Origin: Octopus vulgaris
Lineage: Eukaryota
Length of the DNA: 64,000 nt
Assembly (NCBI GenBank): GCA_951406725.2
Contig: OX597815.1
Coordinates: forward strand, 178,312,001-178,376,000
Direction of reading: 5' to 3'
The position numbers were made by a program, and so were the translations under genes. Of this stretch, positions 39,337-52,349 are shown piece after piece. Each line of letters opens with the position of its first letter. Position 1 is the stretch's first letter. The notes under the pieces are model-generated. The model saw only the letters and a list, made by a program, of their open reading frames with translations. It had not been told where the DNA came from and searched no databases.

Positions 39337-42300
39337 AAAGGGCTTAGTAAAATAAATTACTTTGCCGCATACTGAACTCATTAGAAATAGCAGCTAAAAA
39401 ACTTTTTTTAAACTATTTCTAATACTTAAAGAAAACCTCTCTCATATAGTGTTTGCTCAACTCAACTCACGAAAGTTTGGGGGTAAATACATCAAAAAAT
39501 CAAATGCAAAGGTTATTTGAGAACGTACGTTTCAAGATTAGTCAACACGACACTTCTATCATCAGCTCAGAAACTCCTTGGTTTGGATTTGAAAACACTG
39601 AAAGTGAGAGCATACCCTTTCGGCTTCTCATCGCTTTCGAAGATCTGCTCGTAACTAACAGTGCCAACAAACTCAAATATGCAAGCGAAGAATTTCTGTT
39701 CTCCCCTTTCCACCAGCGTGGGTTAAAATCAGCAAACACTATGCTTATTTCGGTAAAATCCGAAGCATTAATTAGAGGGAGATTAATTATAATTTCAACA
39801 ATTGAGGGTAAAATTAATTAATTATTAATCAATTTCACCAAGTGTTCAGTATGCAAAGGGACCATTTAAGGCGAATTCAAATTATTACATTATATAAAAG
39901 GGCTTAGTAAAATAAATTACTTTGCCGCATACTGAACTCATTAGAAATAGCAGCTAAAAAACTTTTTTTAAACTATTTCTAATACTTAAAGAAAACCTCT
40001 CTCATATAGTGTTTGCTCAACTCAACTCACGAAAGTTTGGGGGTAAATACATCAAAAAATCAAATGCAAAGGTTATTTGAGAACGTACGTTTCAAGATTA
40101 GTCAACACGACACTTCTATCATCAGCTCAGAAACTCCTTGGTTTGGATTTGAAAACACTGAAAGTGAGAGCATACCCTTTCGGCTTCTCATCGCTTTCGA
40201 AGATCTGCTCGTAACTAACAGTGCCAACAAACTCAAATATGCAAGCGAAGAATTTCTGTTCTCCCCTTTCCACCAGCGTGGGTTAAAATCAGCAAACACT
40301 ATGCTTATTTCGGTAAAATCCGAAGCATTAATTAGAGGGAGATTAATTATAATTTCAACAATTGAGGGTAAAATTAATTAATTATTAATCAATTTCACCA
40401 AGTGTTCAGTATGCAAAGGGACCATTTAAGGCGAATTCAAATTATTACATTATATAAAAGGGCTTAGTAAAATAAATTACTTTGCCGCATACTGAACTCA
40501 TTAGAAATAGCAGCTAAAAAACTTTTTTTTAAACTATTTCTAATACTTAAAGAAAACCTCTCTCATATAGTGTTTGCTCAACTCAACTCACGAAAGTTTG
40601 GGGGTAAATACATCAAAAAATCAAATGCAAAGGTTATTTGAGAACGTACGTTTCAAGATTAGTCAACACGACACTTCTATCATCAGCTCAGAAAGTCCTT
40701 GGTTTGGATTTGAAAACACTGAAAGTGAGAGCATACCCTTTCGGCTTCTCATCGCTTTCGAAGATCTGCTCGTAACTAACAGTGCCAACAAACTCAAATA
40801 TGCAAGCGAAGAATTTCTGTTCTCCCCTTTCCACCAGCGTGGGTTAAAATCAGCAAACACTATGCTTATTTCGGTAAAATCCGAAGCATTAATTAGAGGG
40901 AGATTAATTATAATTTCAACAATTGAGGGTAAAATTAATTAATTATTAATCAATTTCACCAAGTGTTCAGTATGCAAAGGGACCATTTAAGGCGAATTCA
41001 AATTATTACATTATATAAAAGGGCTTAGTAAAATAAATTACTTTGCCGCATACTGAACTCATTAGAAATAGCAGCTAAAAAACTTTTTTAAAACTATTTC
41101 TAATACTTAAAGAAAACCTCTCTCATATAGTGTTTGCTCAACTCAACTCACGAAAGTTTGGGGGTAAATACATCAAAAAATCAAATGCAAAGGTTATTTG
41201 AGAACGTACGTTTCAAGATTAGTCAACACGACACTTCTATCATCAGCTCAGAAACTCCTTGGTTTGGATTTGAAAACACTGAAAGTGAGAGCATACCCTT
41301 TCGGTTTCTCATCGCTTTCGAAGATCTGCTCGTAACTAACAGTGCCAACAAACTCAAATATGCAAGCGAAGAATTTCTGTTCTCCCCTTTCCACCAGCGT
41401 GGGTTAAAATCAGCAAACACTATGCTTATTTCGGTAAAATCCGAAGCATTAATTAGAGGGAGATTAATTATAATTTCAACAATTGAGGGTAAAATTAATT
41501 AATTATTAATCAATTTCACCAAGTGTTCAGTATGCAAAGGGACCATTTAAGGCGAATTCAAATTATTACATTATATAAAAGGGCTTAGTAAAATAAATTA
41601 CTTTGCCGCATACTGAACTCATTAGAAATAGCAGCTAAAAAACTTTTTTTAAACTATTTCTAATACTTAAAGAAAACCTCTCTCATATAGTGTTTGCTCA
41701 ACTCAACTCACGAAAGTTTGGGGGTAAATACATCAAAAAATCAAATGCAAAGGTTATTTGAGAACGTACGTTTCAAGATTAGTCAACACGACACTTCTAT
41801 CATCAGCTCAGAAACTCCTTGGTTTGGATTTGAAAACACTGAAAGTGAGAGCATACCCTTTCGGCTTCTCATCGCTTTCGAAGATCTGCTCGTAACTAAC
41901 AGTGCCAACAAACTCAAATATGCAAGCGAAGAATTTCTGTTCTCCCCTTTCCACCAGCGTGGGTTAAAATCAGCAAACACTATGCTTATTTCGGTAAAAT
42001 CCGAAGCATTAATTAGAGGGAGATTAATTATAATTTCAACAATTGAGGGTAAAATTAATTAATTATTAATCAATTTCACCAAGTGTTCAGTATGCAAAGG
42101 GACCATTTAAGGCGAATTCAAATTATTACATTATATAAAAGGGCTTAGTAAAATAAATTACTTTGCCGCATACTGAACTCATTAGAAATAGCAGCTAAAA
42201 AACTTTTTTTAAACTATTTCTAATACTTAAAGAAAACCTCTCTCATATAGTGTTTGCTCAACTCAACTCACGAAAGTTTGGGGGTAAATACATCAAAAAA

Positions 42301-45300
42301 TCAAATGCAAAGGTTATTTGAGAACGTACGTTTCAAGATTAGTCAACACGACACTTCTATCATCAGCTCAGAAACTCCTTGGTTTGGATTTGAAAACACT
42401 GAAAGTGAGAGCATACCCTTTCGGCTTCTCATCGCTTTCGAAGATCTGCTCGTAACTAACAGTGCCAACAAACTCAAATATGCAAGCGAAGAATTTCTGT
42501 TCTCCCCTTTCCACCAGCGTGGGTTAAAATCAGCAAACACTATGCTTATTTCGGTAAAATCCGAAGCATTAATTAGAGGGAGATTAATTATAATTTCAAC
42601 AATTGAGGGTAAAATTAATTAATTATTAATCAATTTCACCAAGTGTTCAGTATGCAAAGGGACCATTTAAGGCGAATTCAAATTATTACATTATATAAAA
42701 GGGCTTAGTAAAATAAATTACTTTGCCGCATACTGAACTCATTAGAAATAGCAGCTAAAAAACTTTTTTTAAAACTATTTCTAATACTTAAAGAAAACCT
42801 CTCTCATATAGTGTTTGCTCAACTCAACTCACGAAAGTTTGGGGGTAAATACATCAAAAAATCAAATGCAAAGTTTATTTGAGAACGTACGTTTCAAGAT
42901 TAGTCAACGCGACACTTCTATCATCAGCTCAGAAAGTCCTTGGTTTGGATTTGAAAACACTGAAAGTGAGAGCATACCCTTTCGGTTTCTCATCGCTTTC
43001 GAAGATCTGCTCGTAACTAACAGTGCCAACAAACTCAAATATGCAAGCGAAGAATTTCTGTTCTCCCCTTTCCACCAGCGTGGGTTAAAATCAGCAAACA
43101 CTATGCTTATTTCGGTAAAATCCGAAGCATTAATTAGAGGGAGATTAATTATAATTTCAACAATTGAGGGTAAAATTAATTAATTATTAATCAATTTCAC
43201 CAAGTGTTCAGTATGCAAAGGGACCATTTAAGGCGAATTCAAATTATTACATTATATAAAAGGGCTTAGTAAAATAAATTACTTTGCCGCATACTGAACT
43301 CATTAGAAATAGCAGCTAAAAAACTTTTTTAAACTATTTCTAATACTTAAAGAAAACCTCTCTCATATAGTGTTTGCTCAACTCAACTCACGAAAGTTTG
43401 GGGGTAAATACATCAAAAAATCAAATGCAAAGGTTATTTGAGAACGTACGTTTCAAGATTAGTCAACACGACACTTCTATCATCAGCTCAGAAACTCCTT
43501 GGTTTGGATTTGAAAACACTGAAAGTGAGAGCATACCCTTTCGGCTTCTCATCGCTTTCGAAGATCTGCTCGTAACTAACAGTGCCAACAAACTCAAATA
43601 TGCAAGCGAAGAATTTCTGTTCTCCCCTTTCCACCAGCGTGGGTTAAAATCAGCAAACACTATGCTTATTTCGGTAAAATCCGAAGCATTAATTAGAGGG
43701 AGATTAATTATAATTTCAACAATTGAGGGTAAAATTAATTAATTATTAATCAATTTCACCAAGTGTTCAGTATGCAAAGGGACCATTTAAGGCGAATTCA
43801 AATTATTACATTATATAAAAGGGCTTAGTAAAATAAATTACTTTGCCGCATACTGAACTCATTAGAAATAGCAGCTAAAAAACTTTTTTAAACTATTTCT
43901 AATACTTAAAGAAAACCTCTCTCATATAGTGTTTGCTCAACTCAACTCACGAAAGTTTGGGGGTAAATACATCAAAAAATCAAATGCAAAGGTTATTTGA
44001 GAACGTACGTTTCAAGATTAGTCAACACGACACTTCTATCATCAGCTCAGAAACTCCTTGGTTTGGATTTGAAAACACTGAAAGTGAGAGCATACCCTTT
44101 CGGCTTCTCATCGCTTTCGAAGATCTGCTCGTAACTAACAGTGCCAACAAACTCAAATATGCAAGCGAAGAATTTCTGTTCTCCCCTTTCCACCAGCGTG
44201 GGTTAAAATCAGCAAACACTATGCTTATTTCGGTAAAATCCGAAGCATTAATTAGAGGGAGATTAATTATAATTTCAACAATTGAGGGTAAAATTAATTA
44301 ATTATTAATCAATTTCACCAAGTGTTCAGTATGCAAAGGGACCATTTAAGGCGAATTCAAATTATTACATTATATAAAAGGGCTTAGTAAAATAAATTAC
44401 TTTGCCGCATACTGAACTCATTAGAAATAGCAGCTAAAAAACTTTTTTAAAACTATTTCTAATACTTAAAGAAAACCTCTCTCATATAGTGTTTGCTCAA
44501 CTCAACTCACGAAAGTTTGGGGGTAAATACATCAAAAAATCAAATGCAAAGGTTATTTGAGAACGTACGTTTCAAGATTAGTCAACACGACACTTCTATC
44601 ATCAGCTCAGAAACTCCTTGGTTTGGATTTGAAAACACTGAAAGTGAGAGCATACCCTTTCGGTTTCTCATCGCTTTCGAAGATCTGCTCGTAACTAACA
44701 GTGCCAACAAACTCAAATATGCAAGCGAAGAATTTATGTTCTCCCCTTTCCACCAGCGTGGGTTAAAATCAGCGAACACTATGCTTATTTCGGTAAAATC
44801 CGAAGCATTAATTAGAGGGAGATTAATTATAATTTCAACAATTGAGGGTAAAATTAATTAATTATTAATCAATTTCACCAAGTGTTCAGTATGCAAAGGG
44901 ACCATTTAAGGCGAATTCAAATTATTACATTATATAAAAGGGCTTAGTAAAATAAATTACTTTGCCGCATACTGAACTCATTAGAAATAGCAGCTAAAAA
45001 ACTTTTTTAAACTATTTCTAATACTTAAAGAAAACCTCTCTCATATAGTGTTTGCTCAACTCAACTCACGAAAGTTTGGGGGTAAATACATCAAAAAATC
45101 AAATGCAAAGGTTATTTGAGAACGTACGTTTCAAGATTAGTCAACACGACACTTCTATCATCAGCTCAGAAACTCCTTGGTTTGGATTTGAAAACACTGA
45201 AAGTGAGAGCATACCCTTTCGGCTTCTCATCGCTTTCGAAGATCTGCTCGTAACTAACAGTGCCAACAAACTCAAATATGCAAGCGAAGAATTTCTGTTC

Positions 45301-46167
45301 TCCCCTTTCCACCAGCGTGGGTTAAAATCAGCAAACACTATGCTTATTTCGGTAAAATCCGAAGCATTAATTAGAGGGAGATTAATTATAATTTCAACAA
45401 TTGAGGGTAAAATTAATTAATTATTAATCAATTTCACCAAGTGTTCAGTATGCAAAGGGACCATTTAAGGCGAATTCAAATTATTACATTATATAAAAGG
45501 GCTTAGTAAAATAAATTACTTTGCCGCATACTGAACTCATTAGAAATAGCAGCTAAAAAACTTTTTTAAAACTATTTCTAATACTTAAAGAAAACCTCTC
45601 TCATATAGTGTTTGCTCAACTCAACTCACGAAAGTTTGGGGGTAAATACATCAAAAAATCAAATGCAAAGGTTATTTGAGAACGTACGTTTCAAGATTAG
45701 TCAACACGACACTTCTATCATCAGCTCAGAAACTCCTTGGTTTGGATTTGAAAACACTGAAAGTGAGAGCATACCCTTTCGGCTTCTCATCGCTTTCGAA
45801 GATCTGCTCGTTACTAACAGTGCCAACAAACTCAAATATGCAAGCGAAGAATTTCTGTTCTCCCCTTTCCACCAGCGTGGGTTAAAATCAGCAAACACTA
45901 TGCTTATTTCGGTAAAATCCGAAGCATTAATTAGAGGGAGATTAATTATAATTTCAACAATTGAGGGTAAAATTAATTAATTATTAATCAATTTCACCAA
46001 GTGTTCAGTATGCAAAGGGACCATTTAAGGCGAATTCAAATTATTACATTATATAAAAGGGCTTAGTAAAATAAATTACTTTGCCTTAAATGGTCCCTTT
46101 GCATACTGAACACTTGGTGAAATTGATTAATAATTAATTAATTTTACCCTCAATTGTTGAAATTATA
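39331..46167 (-). repeat. Tandem array of 12 x ~560-bp hammerhead-bearing units, a partial 13th unit and a terminal 85-bp inversion, in (TA)n
   Basis: Periods of 559-561 bp from the ORF track; units nearly identical; 46083-46167 is the reverse complement of ~45947-46031. Confidence 0.95.
39518..39569 (-). ncRNA. Type I hammerhead ribozyme, first of 12 copies at ~560-bp spacing
   Basis: tgag-CTGATGA-tagaagtgtcgtgttgactaatctt-GAAA-cgtacg-TT-ctca; palindromic stem III ACGTACGT; U.U at the base of stem II. Confidence 0.7.
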
Positions 46168-46340
46168 TATATATATATATATATATAAAGGTAAGATCAA
46201 AGTGTAGGAAGATAGTAAGCTTCGATCAGTCCGTAGAAGATGTGAAGAATAACTTTGAGGAACAAACAAGTGAAATGTAAAGTCACTGAAAGAGGACCAG
46301 ATTTGTTAGAGCAGCGATCAACTTGATAAGCAACATATAC

Positions 46341-46388
<48 letters not shown>

Positions 46389-46938
46389 GGAGAGGGGAGC
46401 AGAGAGGGAGAGAGTTCCACTAAGGTAAGATCAAGAACAAAGTACTCCATCTGGTGATAGAGGAATATTATTCAATAAACACGGTATAAAGACGGTATAA
46501 TTTCTAGTTTTAGAGACATGTATCTCGACAGGTTTTTTTTTAAACACGCCTTGTACTTGAAGACTGCTTAGAGACACAAGACGTGTTATAAAAAGTTGTC
46601 TAGACGTGTCTCGAAAGACAGAAACTCTTATCTTTATACTGTGTTCGTCAAACGATACGCGTGTATGTGCGCGCGTCTCTGTGTGTATGTGTATGAAATA
46701 TGTATAGATTTATCTAACATCATTCCGATTATTTCTGGTTTTTGATCAATTTTCCTAAATTATTTCTACACTTCCATGATATATATTTTAGTTGACTTCA
46801 AAACCCTCTTTCTGACCGAATAAAATTTTCTGTAATTTTGCAATAATTAAATTCACTAATTAAATTCACACATTTATACCCACCCACTGCATTTCTAAAC
46901 AGACATGCTACGTCACACAACTTTCTTTTTAAACTTAT

Positions 46939-47388
46939 TGTTTACAGTTTCCCTCGCATCGATTAACTTCGCTTCAGATTTCTCTCGCATTCAGTATTCT
47001 TTTTATTGCATTCTAACATTGCTTACAGCTCGAACCGCAATCCATATTACAATGCGAAATCTTATTACGTCATATTATTTACGTTTAACATTTATTCCGC
47101 AAGAACTTTTTAAACTATGCATGTACAATATCTCCACTTTCCCAAATAAGGATTATTATAGCATAAAGGTAGAAGCTCTGAGGGATTAGTATTAATCAGA
47201 ATGCAACATACCATGTGTGTGTCTGTGTATGTGCGTGTGTGTCTGTGTGTGTGCGTGTGTGTGTGTGTGTGGATGTGTGTGTGTGTATATGTGTTTTGCT
47301 GCTTTACTGCATTTGTGCGTGTATTTATGTTTATTTAAATGTATACTTCCGCGCATTTCTGCTTGTGTATATATGAATATATATACAT

Positions 47389-47479
<91 letters not shown>

Positions 47480-47488
47480 TGTGTGTGT

Positions 47489-47519
<31 letters not shown>

Positions 47520-47535
47520 CATATATATATACATG

Positions 47536-47569
<34 letters not shown>

Positions 47570-47598
47570 CATATATATATAAATATATACATATACAT

Positions 47599-47660
<62 letters not shown>

Positions 47661-47778
47661 TGTTTACAGTTTCCCTCGTACCGCTTAACTTCACTTCAGA
47701 TTCCTCTCGTATTCAATATGCTTTTAAATTTTTTATTACATTCTAACATCGCTTACAGCTCGAACCGCAATCCATATG
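46939..47778. repeat. Diverged ~110-bp direct repeat pair (46939-47048 and 47661-47778)
   Basis: TGTTTACAGTTTCCCTCG...TTACAGCTCGAACCGCAATCCATAT at both sites. Confidence 0.75.
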
Positions 47779-48539
47779 ATATATCGGATTGGCTGTGCTG
47801 GAGGTTTGTTTCACCGATTCCATCAGGATTAACCATGTGGGAATTGCTGAACGTGAGCGGTTTTGCTTCTGCAGAAGCTCAACCATGTATTCTGCATGAC
47901 TATGCAGAGTGTTGTCTTGATCCCTTACAGGTCAAACAGACGATGCAGCGACCTTACGCTCTTTAGTGAGTGAGAAGAACGCTCTGGGTTTGACTTTCAC
48001 TTTCTTAATGGCCCAAATCTTTTTTGTTGTTCTTTTACTATCGATGAGAGTCTTCTTGCATAATGTTTCTTTTATTCCAATAAAACTATATCTGTCAACT
48101 ATGAGCATTGCAGCTAGTAATGTTTTAGCTGGTTGAGTTTTCTATTAATCTTTTTTTATTTTTTTTCTTATAACTGTTCATCTGTCACGTGGGAGCCTGT
48201 GTTTAGTTTTGCTCACGGACCGTAATAGAGTGAAGTGTGAACATAGATTTGTGATAATGACCAGAAATAGCTGCCGGAATGTATTGACGCTGCTAGAAGA
48301 GTCCAATCAACTAGTTACAGATCGTGGGTGATTGCATTCCTATTAGCATTTTGTAGATCCATGAGAACAAAAGGGTGTGCTTGTGCGAGACCATTTCGAG
48401 TTACTTTTGGTTGCCAAAACTTGAAACTACAGAGAACCATATCGTGGTCGGACAGGAAAGCATTCTTCCGCTGTGATATTAGGGATAGTGTTAGTGTGAC
48501 TACTAAAGACTAAGTCCAATATGTTTTTGTTGAATCTCG

Positions 48540-48900
48540 TTGTTAACATCTGGCCACCTAACTCCTCACACTGCAACCGCCTTCATTTCTTATGTATGGG
48601 ACGCAGTTGAGTGAGAGACCAACAAAACTCCTTCTAACACCAAAGATGAACTGAAGGAAAGGATTATGGCAGCATTCACCAACTTAAACAAGGAAACCGT
48701 CCAGAAGAGTTGCAGGAGATTCCGAAGTCGTCTGGAGGCCGTGGTTGAAGCCAATGGCGATTTTATTGAATAAATTTAGTCTTTAGTATTTCAAGTTTTT
48801 TTAGTGTAATTTTGGTAAATATATCTGTTACAATGAGATGTCAGTGTTATTTTCATTGTTGCGTAGTTTAGACAACAATATATTCAATGCACACTGTATA
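48540..48900 (+). mobile_element. Tc1/mariner (maT/DD37D-like) 3' remnant
   Basis: NIWPPNS..YVWDAVE..NTKDELKERIMAAF..CRRFRSRLEAVVEANGDFIE*. Confidence 0.8.
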
Positions 48901-48953
48901 CAGACACACACAAACACACACACACACACCAACACACAAAACACACACACACG

Positions 48954-48997
<44 letters not shown>

Positions 48998-49123
48998 CAG
49001 CAACAATCAAGGAACGGCCATAATAGGCCATTCACCCACTAGAAATAACAGCCAGAAGCTTTAACCGCAAAATAACGTCAATTCCGTAAACCAGGAGAAA
49101 ATTGAAAAACATTTACCCTGTAA

Positions 49124-49228
49124 TTTCTTAGACGATGCACCGTTTCATCTTCTGTTTAATGGAAAACTAACCTGATTAAATTAAATCAAGCCAATCTACC
49201 AGAGGCCCTTAGATTCATCAGTAAGAAA
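49124..49228 (-). ncRNA. Type I hammerhead ribozyme (inverted copy)
   Basis: Reverse complement of 49846-49950. Confidence 0.8.
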
Positions 49229-49845
49229 TAGCCAAACCGGAACAGATATTTTTCACGAGGCATTCTCATTGCTACCTCGTCAATATCTGACCTAAAATTT
49301 TCAAATCGTCGCACTCGCGCCAAATTTAACGGCAGCAAATAAATATAAGCCGCCGATTCCATTACGGAATTAACCAGAAAATTCATAATTAATCAATATA
49401 GGGTGGCAAAAAAATTTTGTAGAATTCTTTTGCCACCAGCGGTGCATCGTCTAAGAAATTACAGGGTAAATGTTTTTCAATTTTCTCCTGGTTTACGGAA
49501 TTGACGTTATTTTGCGGTTAAAGCTTTTGGCTGTTATTTCTAGTGGGTGAATGGCCTATTATGGCCGTTCCTTGATTGTTGATGTTGAACTTAAAATGGT
49601 TTATGACTATTTAATTTTTTTCCCACTAGGCCGCTGGTGGCAAAAGAATTCTACAAAATTTTTTTTGCCACCCTATATTGATTAATTATGAATTTTCTGG
49701 TTAATTCCGTAATGGAATCGGCGGCTTATATTTATTTGCTGCCGTTAAATTTGGCGCGAGTGCGACGATTTGAAAATTTTAGGTCAGATATTAACGAGGT
49801 AGCAATGAGAATGCCTCGTGAAAAATATCTGTTCCGGTTTGGCTA

Positions 49846-49950
49846 TTTCTTACTGATGAATCTAAGGGCCTATGGTAGATTGGCTTGATTTAATTTAATC
49901 AGGTTAGTTTTCCATTAAACAGAAGATGAAACGGTGCATCGTCTAAGAAA
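49846..49950 (+). ncRNA. Type I hammerhead ribozyme, intact core, long branched stem II
   Basis: tttctta-CTGATGA-atct...agat-GAAA-cggtgcatcg-TC-taagaaa; perfect 7-bp stem I; GUC site at 49943. Confidence 0.85.
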
Positions 49951-50336
49951 TTACAGGGTAAATGTTTTTCAATTTTCTCCTGGTTTACGGAACTGACGTT
50001 ATTTTGCGGTTAAAGCTTTTGGCTGTTATTTCTAGTGGGTGAATGGCCTATTATGGCCGTTCCTTGATTGTTGATGTTGAACTTAAAATGGTTTATGACT
50101 ATTTAATTTTTTCCCACTAGGCCGCTGGTGGCAAAAGAATTCTACAAAATTTTTTTTGCCACCCTATATTGATTAATTATGAATTTTCTGGTTAATTCCG
50201 TAATGGAATCGGCGGCTTATATTTATTTGCTGCCGTTAAATTTGGCGCGAGTGCGACGATTTGAAAATTTTAGGTCAGATATTGACGAGGTAGCAATGAG
50301 AATGCCTCGTGAAAAATATCTATTCCGGTTTGGCTA

Positions 50337-50441
50337 TTTCTTACTGATGAATCTAAGGGCCTATGGTAGATTGGCTTGATTTAATTTAATCAGGTTAGTT
50401 TTCCATTAAACAGAAGATGAAACGGTGCATCGTCTAAGAAA
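50337..50441 (+). ncRNA. Type I hammerhead ribozyme (second tandem copy)
   Basis: Same motif 491 bp downstream; GUC site at 50434. Confidence 0.85.
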
Positions 50442-50662
50442 TTACAGGGTAAATGTTTTTCAATTTTCTCCTGGTTTACGGAATTGACGTTATTTTGCGG
50501 TTAAAGCTTTTGGCTGTTATTTCTAGTGGGTGAATGGCCTATTATGGCCGTTCCTTGATTGTTGATGTTGAACTTAAAATGGTTTATGACTATTTAATTT
50601 TTTCCCACTAGGCCGCTGGTGGCAAAAGAATTCTACAAAATTTTTTTGCCACCCTATATTGA

Positions 50663-50697
<35 letters not shown>

Positions 50698-50780
50698 GCA
50701 CATGCACACATACACGCACACACGATATATGAGTGTGTGAGTGTGTGTGTGTGTATATATATATATACACACACATATAC

Positions 50781-50851
<71 letters not shown>

Positions 50852-50860
50852 GTAAAATCT

Positions 50861-51000
50861 ATTTGCCAACGTAAGTTGACAGTCCTGAGTAGGATGATAT
50901 TACTAGCTTTTTTTTTAGCCCCAGGGAAACATCTTTTTCTTTTGCAGAGGCTAAATAAGGGAGCAGTTCTACTCAGGGCCGCTCCCTTACATTGGCAAAT
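50861..51000. mobile_element. MITE with 15-bp TIRs; relatives at ~27518-27620 and ~33320-33412
   Basis: ATTTGCCAACGTAAG / CTTACATTGGCAAAT; shared internal TTTAGCCCCAG..ACATC. Confidence 0.65.
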
Positions 51001-51261
51001 ATATTTTACTCTGTAGAACTTACTACTTACTTCTTGCTCAGAGATTTTAAACTATATATGAATACATATGTGCATGCGTGTGTATACACACTTACGCACC
51101 CACACACACATATATGTATGTATATATATATATATGTATGGATGGATGTACGTGACTTAAACATGCTGTCAGAGTTGCAATTCCTAAAACGAATTTAAAT
51201 AATTCAGAGGGAGAGAGAGACAGAGACAAATTTACATATTACATATTAATCGGTGTATATG

Positions 51262-51354
<93 letters not shown>

Positions 51355-51504
51355 GTGTGTATGTGGGTGTGTGGGTGTGTGTGTGTGTGTGTATACGTAT
51401 ATATATATTGGTGTATAAAATATATTTATGAGTCATATATCATACGCAATGTAAGAGTAGTTATACAGACAAAATCGATATCAATTAAATTATATAAAAC
51501 ATTA

Positions 51505-51581
<77 letters not shown>

Positions 51582-52029
51582 ATAAATATATATATAAACA
51601 TAGTTATATATATATGCTTGTGTATAAATGTATACAGTTATATGCAACGGATGTATACAGTTATATATAACACATACACACATACACACATGTGTGCATT
51701 TATATGTAAATGTGTGTATGTGTGTTTATTTGTTTTTGCCTACTGTAAATAAATTGTTTTGTTTTTTTATCTGTGTATTTACGAGTTTATTCCATACGCA
51801 TTCCTGTTTGTACCTGCCCAACCTATTTGCATAAACACAGGTACATAAGTATAAAAAGCGTCTTTATGGAGATAATAAAAGCGTAATAACAACATAACAG
51901 ATCATTCATAGACATATATTTCGCGCATATTTCTCGTCATTTATCATATTTATTATTAATCGATGTTAATAGTACACAGCGAACTCTTTCAGCCGAGTGT
52001 TCACTGATTATAAACATTAGAAGTAGTAG

Positions 52030-52275
52030 CAGCATAGCGGTAAGCTTACAGATTCGGAGATCGTCGGAGGAAAAAAACGTTTAGCGACTCTTGTTTTGGG
52101 TTCTTTACATGCTGAGTTCCAATCCCGTTGAGATCATCGACTCGGTGTTTTTTGTCAATTTTTTTTTTTGGGGGGGGGGGGGGCAGATTAAATAAGTAAC
52201 AGTTGAATGTTGGCATAATCGATTAAGCCCGCTCTCCTCAATACTCCTGGTATTGTACCAAAATTTGAAACCATT
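52030..52275 (+). mobile_element. Diverged SINE family A
   Basis: CTGAGTTCCAATCCCG..TGTACCAAAATTTGAAACCATT. Confidence 0.6.
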
Positions 52276-52301
52276 CTTATCATCATCATCATCATCAGTA
52301 A

Positions 52302-52349
<48 letters not shown>

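Larger units (their letters stand above)
49001..50667 (+). mobile_element. 491-bp-unit hammerhead element: ~2.5 tandem units plus a 5' inverted ~440-bp copy, in (TA)n
   Basis: Period 491 (ORFs 49688 and 50179); 49001-49442 is an inverted copy joined at a CGG microhomology. Confidence 0.92.

Noticed and set aside
39453-45980. Twelve repeated 122-aa ORFs and antisense 65-aa ORFs as a tandem gene cluster
   Set aside because: Non-ATG (TTG) start for the 122-aa frame and no recognisable domain; conservation only reflects near-identical repeat units.
39331-46085. CRISPR array or sgRNA-scaffold-like TAGAAATAGC
   Set aside because: No unique spacers or cas genes, eukaryotic context; the 10-nt match is the reverse complement of the shared element motif.
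49186-50379. Three copies of a 66-aa ORF (MNFLVNSV...)
   Set aside because: Short, no domain, overlaps the ribozyme; a by-product of the repeat.
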